A stretch of 64,000 nt of DNA from the human T2T-CHM13v2.0 reference genome, Homo sapiens, in NCBI RefSeq assembly GCF_009914755.1, contig NC_060941.1. The stretch is one strand, 5' to 3'. Position numbers and translations under genes: made by a program. Below the pieces are notes generated by a model that was not told where the DNA came from, did not search any database, and worked only from the letters and a program-made list of their open reading frames with translations. This document shows positions 39,060-53,659 of this stretch, in pieces (the first letter of the stretch is position 1; the number at the start of each line of letters is the position of its first letter).

Positions 39060-41460
39060 AATCAATATACCCCTTATGCTCCTTTTGGTGATTGACAATG
39101 TACTTAAAATATTAGATAATCAAGAAGGGCTGCAGAAAGGAGGAAAAAGAAACAAACAGCACATCTCTTGGTTTATTTTTATTCATTTCATCAGTTTCAA
39201 GGAAAATGTGTTGGGAGTTCCTGGCATAGAGAATGTCACAAAGATATGTTTTCAATAGTGGTGCTATCCCTAGAGCAGAGAAGATCCAGAGAAAGCCCCA
39301 GTGGCTGCTGGAACAAAGTCAGACACCGTGCCACCTGTCCACACTCCTTGGCTCTGCCATCATGCTGAAGATTGGTTTAAAGGGCTGGCTTCCCTCTTCG
39401 TAAAATTAAAAGAGCACAAACTGAGAAACTGAATGTGGGAGACAGCAGTGGATTATGATGTTCTCGGGGGTCACCTCAGGTTTGGAAGCAAAATTAACCC
39501 ATCTCAGGCCATCTGCAGAGAAGAAAGGTGGTACCTAACTTTTTTTCTTGTCAGCACTTGGTAGGGGCGTTTTATTGACGAAATATGTTCCCACAACCTA
39601 GTTTTTTGTAACTAACTAAATATAGTAGATTTTTAAATTTTATTATCAAAATCTAAAGACAATTTTTGATTAAAATAGACTCCACATCTATGTCCTGCTT
39701 TTCTTCTTATTAATTACATTGCTGTATAAAAGAACAAGACTTCAGAATCAAGAATATCTTGTCTCTTGACATTGAATTTATACAAGGTGCTCTTTCTTTA
39801 ATGCTGTCTCAAAGGACATATTTTTACTCATTAAAAAGGAAGATTGGAATCTAGTTGTATGCACTGCTCCAACATATTAATAATTAAAATTAAGATGTAA
39901 ATGTGGTCAAAGCTATAGAAAGACTTGGGATGTAATTTATATTGATTACTGTATAGCACTTTACAAACAGAAATTGTGAAATAATAGTGTATATAAATAT
40001 TTTGTAGCATTTCAAATATTTGAGTGCCTGAAGTTTCTCCTCTTATATAGTTCAGATTATCAATTTGAAGACTTACTACGCTGGTTAAAAAGTTTTTAGT
40101 CTCGTTTGAGTATTATGTAAAAGCAATTTTCAGTTAAATGTGTTCCGCTTACATAAAATGTTACAAATTAGTGAGTATTTAATTACATTTTCCTGTTCCT
40201 GTAATGCCTTTAGAAGATTTTCATATTATTACCTATCAATATATGTATGCTTTGTCTAAGAAAAATCAATCATATACATCACTGAAATTGAAACTTTTTA
40301 AAAGTACTTATTAATTCTATGGAAAAACCACATCCATAGGAGCAATTACAATATAATATTGTGAACATGTAAATATATATCCTATGTGTATTTTATATAT
40401 AAGCATATGTGATTAAAAATATAGTTAAGAATTTTTAAACCTAGTATTATAAAGTAAAAATTAGTTAAACTTCTGATGATTATTTGTTAATTAAGATAAA
40501 ATTATTTTGATTTGGGTGATTTAAAATGAACAAAAATATTAAATTACATGACAAAAATTCTTTATAAAATGTTTACGATTTTTACATTGGTTTTATCACT
40601 TTATTCCACTATTTTATTTTAAGATGACCTGCCTTGTTTAAAACACTGTATTCATCTTAATTAAATTAAATTCCATTTGTAAAAAAGTTAACAAATGATT
40701 TGCTCTATTATACAGTGCACTTATAAACTGAGTCAGTATCTCAAGATTTCATCCCCATTATCGTCATCCGTGGCCTTATTTGTTTGACAAATGTAGTGTC
40801 TTTTTCCTTGCCTGTCACATCTCTATTGCTCTTTCATTTTTCTCCTTGTCCCTTATAGGGAGCATTGCCTATCTCTAGATTAAGCAAAAGTTGCATCTTA
40901 AAAAAGCAAAATAAGCTGCTCAATCTTTCTCACACAGAGAAATGTTTGTTAAGTAATTAAAGTGTAGATGATGATACAAAGAGCTTGATTAAATAAAATG
41001 CCAAAATACCCTTGTGATTCAGAATATGAATGGTATTTAATGCCTTTGAAATCAATAATTGCTGAGTGACATTAATTAATGCCAATATTCCAGAAGATGT
41101 TCTGGTTAGTGAAATGTGTACAACATGTAAAAATTTCCGAACTCTGAAGGGCAACATTATTCTATAATTAAGAATTAAGAATTAATTCACATTAATTATT
41201 GGGGAGAAATAATTTTAAGAATTAATGACTGAGAAAACGTTTTTATTTTTATTTAGAAAATTATTTTGTGCATGAGCATTACTGCAAGTTTTGCAAGAAA
41301 CATAAATTTATAGAAACAATTATGTGCACAAGATGAATTTAATAACATCTTGATATTTTCCACTATTACAGTCGTATTTGGTAAATCTTTAAATGCCCAT
41401 CATCTAAAGATCATAAATGAATCTTGGAAATCTTGTAGGTAAGGGTAAATATAAGGATGA

Positions 41461-41550
41461 ATCCAATTACATTTACACACACATACAATTACATTTACAC
41501 AAACATACATGCACACACGCTCACTGATACAGGTATGCATACATATACAT
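41461..41550. repeat. (CA)/(TACA)-rich low-complexity tract with a 16-bp direct repeat
   Basis: CAATTACATTTACACA at 41464 and 41486, followed by CA/TA-rich sequence. Confidence 0.75.
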
Positions 41551-41807
41551 GAATTTACCAACTGATTTTAATTAATATTTATAAGAACCTGTAGGATTGA
41601 TATATATTGTTGAACCTGAAAAATATTTATTATATACATGTTTAAAATACACAAAGAAATAAATAGTAATTGCACTAGGCATTTGAAGCTGTACTTAAAT
41701 ATAAGCTGTGATCATTACAAATTCTTACACTAAATAAATGTTTTTATTTTTATAATAATATGTTTGTTACATGTGTACTTTTTAAAAAATGTATTATTTT
41801 TGTCATA

Positions 41808-42149
41808 GGGTCATGTCATGCATAATATTATTTCAGTCAAAGATGGATTACATATACAAAAGTGGTCCCATGAGATTATAATACATATTTTTACATACTT
41901 TTCTATGTTTAAGTATGTTTACATACATAAACTCTTACCACTGTGTTCTTATTGCCTGCAGTATTCAGTATAGTAGTGTAGTACACAGGTTTGTAGCCTA
42001 GGAGAGAGAGGTTATACCATATAACCTAAACGTGGTAGGCTGTACAAACTAGGTGTTTGTAATATTCTCTCTGACGTTTGCAAAATGATGAAATTGCCTA
42101 TGGATGCATCTGTTAGAACGTATCCCTAACATTCAGTGATGTGTGACTG
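41808..42149 (+). mobile_element. Tigger3a (MER7A) non-autonomous TcMar-Tigger DNA transposon
   Basis: GGTCCCATGAGATTATAATAC...CAGGTTTGTAGCCTAGGAG...AGAACGTATCCC...GTGACTG. Degenerate CAGTCATG-type terminal inverted repeats, flanked by TA on both sides. Confidence 0.88.
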
Positions 42150-42729
42150 TACTAAAATGCTCAATCTAAGTTTCAATGACCTACATATAATTGTTGTACT
42201 GTGAAATACAAATCTCTCACCTATGGCCTGAATATGTTTGCAAATTAAGCAGATCATGGGAAGGAGAATGTGCTGGCATCGTTGGGATGATTTTCTCACA
42301 CTACATGAATAATATCTCCAGATTTGCGGATATGAGCCACTTGCATAGAGTTAAAGTAAGCATCTCTTTGCTGGGAAATTTATCAAATGGGAGTATGAAG
42401 TGTTTTTAAAAGATACTTGTTTGTTTGTAGATGGTAGGCCTACAGTGGCTCATGGCAATGGTTGAGGTTGCTAAGATTTGGTGGAAGAAGGCAAAATGAA
42501 ATGGCCACTTATATGGTATATGGATCACTTGTTTCTGTTGAGTTACAGATTCAGCTGGCTATTTCTCCCAATGTTAGTTATTTGGAGAAAAGAAACATGA
42601 TAGTAATTTTTGGGTAACCAATACAATATTTGAGGAAAGCAAATTTATTGAGGGTTATACAAACTACAAGATAATTTAGGCTGCAAAGTCAACACGAGAC
42701 TTTTGGCTCAAATTGTGCAGAGTTTGGGT

Positions 42730-43052
42730 CCAGCTGCAAAGTTCAATGAAAGAGGCCATATAAGATGATTCGCACTGTTTTCACCAACTGCCAGTTCAGG
42801 GGTTTCCCCAGAACACCCTCAGTTTCAAGAATTTACTAAAAAGACTCACAGAACTCATTGAATGCCATTGTACTCATGGTTTATAAGAGAGAAAGGGTAG
42901 AAATGAGGACCAATCAAAGGAAGAGACATATCACATAAGGTGGAATCTAGGAGGATTTTGAATGTTAAGTTTCCATTGTCTTCAGGACATATTACCTGTC
43001 ATTGTTGTACAGCAATAAACATGGAGTACTACCAACCTGGGGAGCTCACCTG
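42730..43052 (-). mobile_element. MER21/MER77-family LTR fragment
   Basis: CCCCAGAACACCCTCAGTTTCAAGAATTTACTAAAAAGACTCACAGAACTCA and GGAGTACTACCAACCTGGGGAGCTCACCTGA match recalled MER21C/MER77 antisense motifs. Confidence 0.7.
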
Positions 43053-43074
43053 ATGCTAAAAAGACACTATTTCG

Positions 43075-45625
43075 AAAATGAAAAGACAAACGAAAGGAGG
43101 AGATAATATGACCTTCCACATTAAGGCACTGGAAAGAATAGCAAACTAAACCTAAAGCAAGCAGAAGGAAGAAAATAAAAATTAGAGAAATTAATAATTT
43201 ATAATAGTAATCATATTGGTTAGGGTTGACTAGTTGATATTAATTCCTGACTGACTTTTTCTAAAAAGAGAAATATTCATTTCCCAATTTATTCTGTGAG
43301 GCCAGTGTTACCTTGATACAAAAATTAGTCCAAATAGCATAGAAAAATAAAACTACTATAAGTATAAATGCAAAATTCCTTAAAAAATACTAACAAATCA
43401 GATCTAGCAACATATAAAAGAATTATACACTATGACAAAGTGAAATTTATACTAGTAATCTCAGGTTGGTTTAACAGCCCAAAATCCATTAAGGTAATCC
43501 ATCTTATCCATAGAATAAGAAACGAGAATTGCATGATCATGTCGATAGATTCAGAAAAGACATTTAACAAAATCCAAATGCTTTAATGATTACAAATAAA
43601 AATAAAAACTCAATGAACCAGGAATAGAGAACTTTCTACACCAGATACATGGCACCTGTGAAAAGCCAACAGCAAGCATGCAACTTAAGGTTAAAGTATG
43701 CTTTCCCGCTATGGTCAGAGATAAGAAAAGGATATATACGTTGACCTCTTCTAGTCAACACTGTACTAAAGATTTTGTGCAGGGCAAATCGGCAACTAAA
43801 AAAAAAGAGTCACCCATATTGAACAGGAAGAAATAAAACTTTATTTGAAAATAACATTCTTGTATATAGAAAATTTTAAGGAATCCATTGAATGATAGAA
43901 CTAGTAAATTATTTCAGCAATATTACAGCATACAACATAAATGTACAAAAATCAATTGCACACATCTACAATGAAAACCCCAAAATGAAATTAAGAAAAC
44001 ACTTCAATTTAAAATAGCATCAAAAAAAGAAATAATAATTAATTTGGGAAATGTGATACAAGATTTTACTCTGAAAATTAAAAATTATTGTTTAAAGAAT
44101 ATCTAAATAATTAGCAAACATCTTCCACCCATGAATTGGAAGATTTAATATTGTAGTACTTTAAAAGGTGAACTACCGATTTAATGAAATCCCTTCAAGT
44201 ATCCCAACAGACTTCTGTCTAGAGACTGACAAGCTGATTCTAAAATACACATGGGATTGTAAGGGACTCAAAATTGCCAAAATAGTCTTGATAAAAGAAA
44301 ACATATTAGGAAAATTCACACCCCCGTGCTCCAAACCTTACGGCAAAGCATCAGTAATCAAGACAACACAATACTGATGAAGGAAATTAATATAGATTGA
44401 TGGAAGAGAATTGAGAGTCCATATATAAAAGTATGTATCTACAGTCAATGGATTCTTACAGTGGTGCCATGTGCAATTCAATGAGGAAGAGACAGTCTTT
44501 GAACAAACTGGGTCAACAACGTACACGTGGATCGCCACTTGCAAAATAATAAATTCAAACCCTTACCCCAAAGCATACAAAAATATTAACTCAAATGAAT
44601 TAAAGACACACATGCAAGAGCTAGAATAAAGCATATGGGAAAATCTTCAGGATTTTGGATCTAGCAAAGAAATAGCTGTAACACCAAAAACATGAGCAAC
44701 AAAATAAAAATTAGATAGTTAAAATTTCTTAAAAATTAAAGAGATTGGTGTTTCAAAAGACAACCAATCAAGTCAAAAGGCAGCTCAAAAATTGTGAGAA
44801 AATATTTGAGAAACACATATCTATAGGTCTGCTTATATATGTATCTTGAATATAGAAAAATTGTTTTAACTCAGTAACAAAAATCCCAACTCAAAACTGA
44901 TAAATGATAGGAATAGTTGTGTATCCCAAGAAGATACACGAACGGTCAATAATCCCATAAAAAGATACTCAACAGCATCACTCATCAGGCAACTACAAAT
45001 CAAAACCACAGTGAGATACTCTGTGGCTAGAACTGGCCACTTTGGAAAATAGGTTGATGGCTTCTAAATATATTAAACATAGAATTGCCATATGACCCAG
45101 AAATTTATTCCCAGGTATACCCCCAGAGTATTGGAAAGAGATGTTCAAACACAAATTATACACAAGTATTTTAACAGCAGTATTTAAAATAGCCAAAGGC
45201 TGAACACAACTCAAATGTCAACAAAATATTATTGGATAAACAAAATGTTATATCCATGCAATTGAATGTTATACAGTTATAAAAAGAAATAAAGTACCAA
45301 TACGCATATGAACCTTGATAGCATTATGCCAACTGAAAGAAGCCAGGCACAAAAGGCCACCTATTGTATGATTCTATTTAGATGAAAATAGAATAGGAAG
45401 ATCTACAGAGACAAAAAACAGATTTGTTGTTGCTTAGGATTGAGTAGGGGATGAGTGCATAGGAGGTTAACAGCTAGAGAAGGTGGGGTTTCTTTTTGAA
45501 GTGATGAAAATGCTCTAAAATTCATTGTGATGATGGCTCCACTTATCTGTGTATATACTAAAAGCCATTGGCTTGTAGACATTAATATGTGCACTCTACA
45601 CTATGTAAATTATATCTCAATAAAT
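43075..45625 (+). mobile_element. L1MB-type LINE-1, 5'-truncated and internally deleted (ORF2 remnant plus 3' UTR)
   Basis: ORF 43368-43586 (KRIIHYDKVKFI..GWFN..KSIKVIHLI..MIMSIDSEKTFNKIQ) and ORF 44168-44377 (YRFNEIP..DKLILKYTW) match L1 ORF2p. The 3' end TATGTAAATTATATCTCAATAAA is the L1MB terminus. Confidence 0.92.
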
Positions 45626-45674
45626 CCTTTCAAAAATACACAGAAGACTAAGGGGTTTTGGACTGTTGCAGCTG

Positions 45675-45985
45675 GGAGGCAGTTTGAAATACTGAATAGG
45701 TCTCATCGAGAATGTGAGGTTTCAGTAAAGACTTGAGGAAGTTGAATGAGCTGATCAATGGATATATGGAGGGCTATCTTTCCAAGCCAAGAAATTAACT
45801 GGAGTCTTGGTCATAAGGCAGCAGCATGTTGGCATGTCCAGGGGACAGTGAGGTGGCCAGGACCACTGGTAAGATCAAGGGTGAAGATATGAAAGAACTT
45901 TGGCGTTTAACATGCGGCAGATCATGATGGGCTTGCAGACCATTGTACGAATTGTGTCTTTTAGTGTAAATGAAATGGGGAGACA
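45675..45985 (-). mobile_element. L2 (L2a-like) LINE fragment
   Basis: GGCATGTCCAGGGGACAGTGAGGTGGCCAG and GGCAGATCATGATGGGCTTGCAGACCATTGTA resemble the antisense L2a 3' region. Confidence 0.7.
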
Positions 45986-47584
45986 AATCATTACCCCATT
46001 ATCAATATTTTAATAAACTGGATCCATGAACCAAATCCAATGAGATTAAATCAATTAATAATAATATGCAAATATGTATTAAAATTACAAGAATTACTTG
46101 CACATTTGAGAACAGGAGAGTCATGATTGTTTATCAGCAATAATAAACATTATTAATTTTAATTGTGATCAGCTAATTGAGATTAATTGCAATACTTCAT
46201 GCTTTATAATGTGACTGTCAAAAGGAAAATATGATTGTAATCTTATACTACATCTATCAATGTCTTTGATTCATAAGACTATAGAGTAAGCCCCTAGTTT
46301 TCAAAGCCAACTTATGAGGCAGTGACATCTTATGCAAGTTTGCTGCTTTCTGCCACAGTGATCCTTGGTCAGCTGGCACAAATTGTTTTACAAACGCCCC
46401 TAGGTCTAAAAATAGTTTGGATCACAATGAACACAGAATCACCTTCATGCCTTCAGAAATACCTGCCAATTACTTCCAATACAGAATGAAAAACTGACAA
46501 AGGAAATATGTGGATTGTAAAAATGCCAGTTAGCTTGCATTTACATGAAAGAAAAATGCCATTTTTATTACATTAGATCATTGTTTCACATGAGTTTTGG
46601 TATAGCACAATGTTGAACCAAGGGCAAAGAGAAATGAATTAATGAAGTCTTAAGATATCAAGAATTTGAAAGAAAAGGCAGGTCGTCTTTGAAGGTTAGT
46701 GACATAGCATTCATCTTCTGTTGTCACCTTTTCTGTCATTCCCTGTATGCCTGATGGACAGGTTTCACTCAAGTTCAGAGAACAGCATGCAAAATTAGCT
46801 ACCAATTAATCTTTATGAAGTGAGCTGCATTTCTAGTCAGACTGAGCTTACGTTTTAGCAGGAAGCATTTTTGGGAAATGTTTATGTTAGAGTTTGACCT
46901 TCTTGACAAGGTGAGACATAAATGTCTACTTTATAGACATGAATTAAGATGGGAAGATATTTGGGGGAATCATTTACTCAAAGGCTAAATAATAAAGGTA
47001 CACAAAGGGCAAATTATACTAGATTTCTTTCTCACTTGTTTTCTACGTCTCATGCAATTCACTTTGACTCCCTGCAGTTTCTGTTTAATGTAGACAGTGG
47101 CATTTTCATTATTTTAAGCTTCTAGCACAATGAAAGAATTTCTCTTTTTCATGAACAGGATCATAAATGAAAGGGAGGAAGAGTGTCCTATATCATATTT
47201 ATTGTTCAACAAAACACTGCTCCACGGCTTAAATTCAGTTTAAAAAAGAGAATTTATTGAACATCTAACACATACATAAAAGGCAGTAAAGACAAATGAG
47301 AAGAGGGCAGGATATTGAAGTATACAGACTTCAATGCTGAGTTTTATATCTTAGGAAGTTACTCCACCTTACAGAGGCCCAATTTCCCCTGATTTAGGAA
47401 GGCGATGCTAGTGGGTATTGTCTAGGTGTAAGTATAAAAATATTGTATTTAAGAGAATCCCACAAGGTTGGTATAAGGCAGAAAATAAATAGATGTGACA
47501 TGAATTAGTAGTTTATTACATTTGAATGCTACCTGCGGACTAGAGGAAGCAAGAAACACAGCCACTATGCTTGATTAGCATTAT

Positions 47585-47814
47585 ACAGATGGTACAATGA
47601 TGGTTGCCAGAAGCTGGGGGAGGAAGAAATGGGGAAGTATTGTTTAATGGGTATAGAGTTTCAGTTTTACAAGATGAAACGAACTATGGAGATGGATGGT
47701 AGGGACGGCTGCACAATGTTATGACTATATTTAGTACCACTGAACTGTACACTTAAAATGGTTAACAGAGTACATTTTATGTTATGTGTATTTTACCACA
47801 ATAAAAAAATAAAA
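47585..47814 (+). mobile_element. L1MB 3'-end fragment
   Basis: GGTTGCCAGAAGCTGGGGGAGG..TTGTTTAATGGGTATAGAGTTTCAGTTTTACAAGATGAA..CCACTGAACTGTACACTTAAAATGGTTAA..TTTTACCACAATAAAAAAA. Confidence 0.88.
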
Positions 47815-48029
47815 TACCTTAGGAATATTTTCATGAAAAAGCCCACATAAAATTCATTTTAATTCACGTGTTTATGCATAGCTTTCTATTTTTCTCTTTT
47901 CTCTTTATATTCCAAATTCTAATCAGAGAAGGGAATAGCCTCTGTACCTCCAGGATATTCAGTAAAGACCACTGGAGGTTCATGCCCTAGTGACAGTGCT
48001 CATTTAGCTCCAAATTACAGATGGCTCTA

Positions 48030-48620
48030 GACTAACTCCACAAAGTTTAAACAGAAGATTTAAAACAACAACAGACAAATACTCATCCTGAATTTACTGA
48101 ATTGCCTGCCACAACGTTGTTCAAAGGTACCTAATAAAATCTAGATATTCAATAGCATAACATCAACATACCCAAAAAAACTCTGACATGCAAAGAAGCC
48201 GTAAGATATATATATATAATTAAGATATATATTAACAGGATAAAAATAAGTCATTTATAAATGACAGAAAAGAAGGAAATTTCAAGGTCCTTAACTTAAA
48301 TATATTTTATAAATACATATAGATAAATACATATATATGTCAAGGTACTTAAATGAAAATTGAACATAGGAGAAAAATAGAAGTTATAAAATGAAAAATG
48401 TGACATGTATAGATGAAAAATAAATATTTGAAATAAAAATTACATGAGATAGAATAAGTAATGGATTTTACCCTAACATAAGAAAATTAATAGAAAAAAA
48501 TAGAAGCTTTACAAACTAAAGGACAAAGGGTAAACTGAAATAAGAAAGCCAGAAACTCACTGATACGTCAGACAATATGCAGCAGTGTAACATACATGTA
48601 ATCAATATCTCAAAAAGGAT
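48030..48620 (+). mobile_element. Ancient L1 5'/ORF1-region fragment; boundaries approximate
   Basis: A-rich sequence. GACATGCAAAGAAGC, TATTTGAAATAAAAATTAC and GACAATATGCAGCAGTGTAACATACATGTAAT resemble old L1M ORF1 region motifs. Confidence 0.55.
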
Positions 48621-48654
48621 GGGTGGGGGAATTATAGGTGAATAAAGAATGGTA

Positions 48655-48830
48655 CACTCATTCCTGAGGGCACCGTGAAGGGAGGATAGCTTTAGATTTC
48701 TAAGGGAGGGTATTATCCATTCATGAAGATCCAACCCCATGACCAAACACCTCCCAGTAAGCCCCACCTGCAACATTGGGGATCAAATTTTAACATGAGA
48801 TTGGAAGGGGCAAGCATTCAAACCATAGCA
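48655..48830 (-). mobile_element. MST (MSTB-like) MaLR LTR fragment
   Basis: CCATTCATGAAGATCCAACCCCATGACCAAACACCTCCC..CAACATTGGGGATCAAATTTTAACATGAGATT..CAAACCATAGCA, which gives the TGCTATGGTTTG terminus on -. Confidence 0.85.
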
Positions 48831-50201
48831 AGAGTTAAATTTCCTTTTTAAAAAAATCACTGATATGATTCCATTTCGCCATAGATAAAAGCTAGTATTC
48901 CAGCCTACCATTGAGTGTGCTTATAGCTCACCAAAAGGGCACTCTGTCTCGAGAATACAGATTTTCCTAGAGGTATCCTATTGCAGTCAAAGAAAGAGCA
49001 ATGTGGGGTAGAAAAGGTTAGTGATGGAGACACCAGCGCTGCATTTTGCAACAAACAATGTAAAAACTTTACTGATTGGTTCTGCTAACTTGCTACAGTT
49101 TACATTCCTCTCAGGTGGGAGAATTGTTGCGTTTTTTCTTAATATAGAAAAGCAATTCAGATAATCTGAAATCTCCACAAGAAGGATAAGAAGCACAGCA
49201 GAAACTATTCTAGGCAGGAAGTCAATCCTTTCAACTGTCTGTGCTCCATAGAAACAACTGTCTGCACTGGGAATCATATGAGGTACAGACCACAGCCAGA
49301 CCTCTGATCCTCTCATTAGTGATTTCAGAAGAAATTTCCAGTCAACTGAGTAACTCACTGAGTAAAGTAAACACTTGGCACTGAAAGAGGTTAGACGGAT
49401 AACTATTTGTATCACCATATTCATGAAGCTGGAATATTTTCCATTACTGGTATCACATCCGAATGGAAGATGTTAAAACGTCTCTTATCTTGCAAGATGG
49501 ATATGAAAGAACATTGTCTGAGAAATGAAATTATTAACACACCTGCGAGGTGGATGGAAGAGAAAAAAAAGAATAATCAGCTTGAGTTATTCTCCTTGAT
49601 AAGACAACTCACTAAAAACATAAAGAGAAAAATACAAGTTTAAAATAATTAACCAGAAGAAGACGACTCTAGAGATTTTAAATTGCTGATAAGATTTTAA
49701 TTTGCTCCAAGTTGAAAATAATTATATTGCTTGTGTTTTAAGGCACATAATGAGCAATTGTATCACACATGATAGTTTCAGCAGTAAAATATTATCCATT
49801 AACAGCTGGATCTCCTAAAATCATAGCACAATGTGAAGATGGAATTTGCTAAAATAAACCATCTGCTGAAAACTACTATTCTGCAAATTTAAAAATAAAG
49901 TTTAAATGTTATTCGTCTTATTTAATAGGGCTGTGAAAAAAATGCGTTATTTGAAAAGTAGCGGCTACCTTAATTAATTCTTTATATTAGACGGCTGGTT
50001 ACAGTAATGCACAGTAAGGTGCTACATAGATATATTGCTAAATTTTCTGCATATACTACGTATTTGGCTTAAATTATTTGAAATTTTATAGTTAAAATAA
50101 AAAATGTATATTTAAATGTTTTGACACAAATTGCAAATATACCTTTAAAAAGCGTCTTACACTCTAAATATTATTTGTCACCTATATATTTGTCTTTTCT
50201 C

Positions 50202-51131
<930 letters not shown>

Positions 51132-52111
51132 CTCCATATGTACAATAAAAATTCTTGTGATTTTTAATCTTTTCTGTGGAGAAAACACAGGTGTGATTTG
51201 TAGTGTAGCTGAACATCGTTTATGTGAAAATATTGCACTTGTGTGTGGGTGTGTGCTTGTGTAGCTACTTTTTAATTTGGTTCTCACATAATGATTAGAT
51301 ACTAACAATTAATTCAGTAAAATGTATGTTTTGCAATATTTTTCCATGTTATTCTGCTTTAAATTAGTTTAATCATGCCCCTATGATGTGTACATTTTAA
51401 CCTTTGACTATAGGTCTCAATCTTACTTTGGTTCCTGTATTTGAATTTATGCTAATAAAGTCCTACAGCTAAAAAAGATTACATAAACTTTTTTATAAAA
51501 TTTTTACTAGTACTCTGGTGTCATTTTAAATTATGTAATGAAATCAAATTTTAATTTGGATTATTGTTATCTGAGTTAAAGATCTAAATTTTTAATTTTC
51601 TTATAAATATTACATAATTATTTCTGAACCATATATTGACTAATCTGCCCTTTATATGATGTGTATTATAAGAGCTTGGGATTGTTTCATTTGGAAAGAT
51701 GAATGCTTGAGAAGTAGATATTTAATAATAACATTTCAAAATCTACTGGATAACCTAGAATTGAAAAATAGCCTACAGGTTGAAAAACTCCTGTAGTGAA
51801 GAAAGTAAATAACTAATATACAGTGACAATATAAATATTATAAGTATTTATTTTATTATCACCCTGAAATTTGATAATAAAAACATGTAATATCTACTTA
51901 TCATCCATATATCAGGTCATAAAAAATCAATACATTCTTCAAAAATTTAGCATAACAGAAAATGCACTCTCTCTCCTTGATGGAATTAAGTTACAAATAA
52001 AAGTAAAAATAAGTAGATAAGTAGATGGAAGTAGATGTTTAAAAACAAAGAAAAATATTTGTTTTGGATAACATAAAATCTCAATTCACAATTCCAATAT
52101 TTCCAGAACTT

Positions 52112-52293
52112 CGCCTGTCAACTGGTGGAGAGTTTTCCCCAGGAGACATTTGTCAATGTCTAGGGGATGTCAAGACTGGTGGAGGTGTGATATTTAGAGG
52201 TCAAACGAAACACCTAGCATTGCTAGGGAAGCCTCCCACAAAAAAGAATCCTCTGGTCCTAAAGGTAAGTAGCACCAACGTTGAGAAACCATC
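52112..52293 (+). mobile_element. MER20 hAT-Charlie DNA transposon
   Basis: CCCCAGGAGACATTTGTCAATGTCTAGG..CCCACAAAAAAGAATCCTCTGGTCCTAAAGGTAAGTAGCACCAACGTTGAGAAACC matches the MER20 layout. Confidence 0.8.
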
Positions 52294-52408
52294 ATCTAGA
52301 CAGGAAACACTATGTAGCTATTCCAAGTGCTCAGGAAAACACATCAGTGCCCTCGAGGGGAAAAGTGTAAACATTTTAATTGCTGTACATGGAGACACAA
52401 ATCCATGT

Positions 52409-52861
52409 TGTTAATCTAAGTGGAAGAGGCTGAAGCACAAAACGTAATTCAAAGAGTTTACTTGAGCCACAATGAGGACAGCTGCCTGGAAGAAACAGAC
52501 CCAAGTATCCTTGGATATGAACTCCGTTTGGAGCTTTGCAACAAGACGTTTCTTAAAGGCAAAAAAGGGTCCAGAAGTGGGATGATGCAAAGAGGTTTGT
52601 CACAAATTCTCATTGGCTTATGGAAATAACATTTATTAGTGACTGGCTATACACTGTTACACTATTATTGGGTGTGGATTATAGTGACTGGTGTGGCGTT
52701 ATTGGTTAATTTATAGCTAATGTGGCAACAGCAAGCAGCCTAGATGAACACACAGCTCAGAGAGGAGCAGGACAGAACTGCTGTCTCATTTGAATATCTC
52801 TCTGGGCCTGATTATTTAAAAGGACTTGCATTTCTCACATGAAAGTTATTTTCTTTTCTCA
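52409..52861 (-). mobile_element. Complete ERV1 (MER4-group-like) solo LTR with 4-bp TSD
   Basis: TG...CA termini flanked by identical ATGT (52405-52408 and 52862-52865). Begins TGAGAAAAGAAAATAAC on -. Subfamily not resolved. Confidence 0.75.
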
Positions 52862-53042
52862 ATGTCCATAAATGAGAATAAATAGACGTAAAATAGATCT
52901 TTTCGAGGATGAAGTAAACGGAATGAAAAACAAAACCCAAGGTGACCAGAAATCATAGAGGGAGGAAAAGGTTATAAATATGTGGATTTTTCAAAGTGAT
53001 TTTAAGCTATTAGGAATCAGTTAAATGTTGGGGGATTTTGTC

Positions 53043-53591
53043 TGAGAATGGGCTAAAGGAGAATGTCCCTTTTGCCTTCTGAAGTTTCCCTGAAAATCAC
53101 TAATAGGAGGCAGATAAATAGTAGAAAAGGCATACAGGTTTCTGCAATGTGTGTACACTGGAGCCCTTAGAACGAAGACCCAGACACACGATGCATGCAG
53201 AAGCTTATCTACCACATGAAGTTTACAAAAATAATGGGGTCTTGGATCACAGGGAAAAAAAAGAAAGGTTATGTGAGAAAACGACACCCGCTAGCAACTG
53301 TGGACTGATTACATAGGTGGAACCTCACTGGGAGCAGTCCTCAGAGAGAATAGACAGAAAATGTTTCTTTCAGACCTTTGGAGACCTCAGACTCTCAGTT
53401 AAACTTTCCTAGATCCAGACAAGGGGGCAGACCTCAGAGAAAGCCTGGCTGCATCAAGGCAGATTCTCTACCGATGCAAATCTCCCCAAGACAGCTTTGC
53501 AGCTAACTTTGCATTTCCAGCCATTCTCAATAGCCATTTTGATATATATCAAGGAAATATATTTAGGGGTAAAATATATTAGTTTCCCTCA
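53043..53591 (-). mobile_element. ERV1 MER4-group solo LTR (MER39/MER34-like)
   Basis: GGCAGATAAATAGTAGAAAAGGCATACA..GCAGATTCTCTACCGATGCAAATCTCCCCAAGACAGCTTTGCAG..GAAATATATTTAGGGGTAAAATATATTAGTTTCCCTCA (TGAGGG terminus on -). Confidence 0.75.
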
Positions 53592-53659
53592 TACAGCTAT
53601 AAAACATACAGGAATAATTTTTGTGAATGTCTACTACAAATCCAATACAGCAGTAATTA

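Noticed and set aside
43368-44377. Reverse-transcriptase-like ORFs
   Set aside because: Short remnants of a dead L1MB ORF2, with stops, frameshifts and deletions.
48987-49643. 145-aa and 78-aa ORFs in apparently unique sequence
   Set aside because: No recognisable domain, and no promoter, CpG island or exon context. Lengths are compatible with chance.
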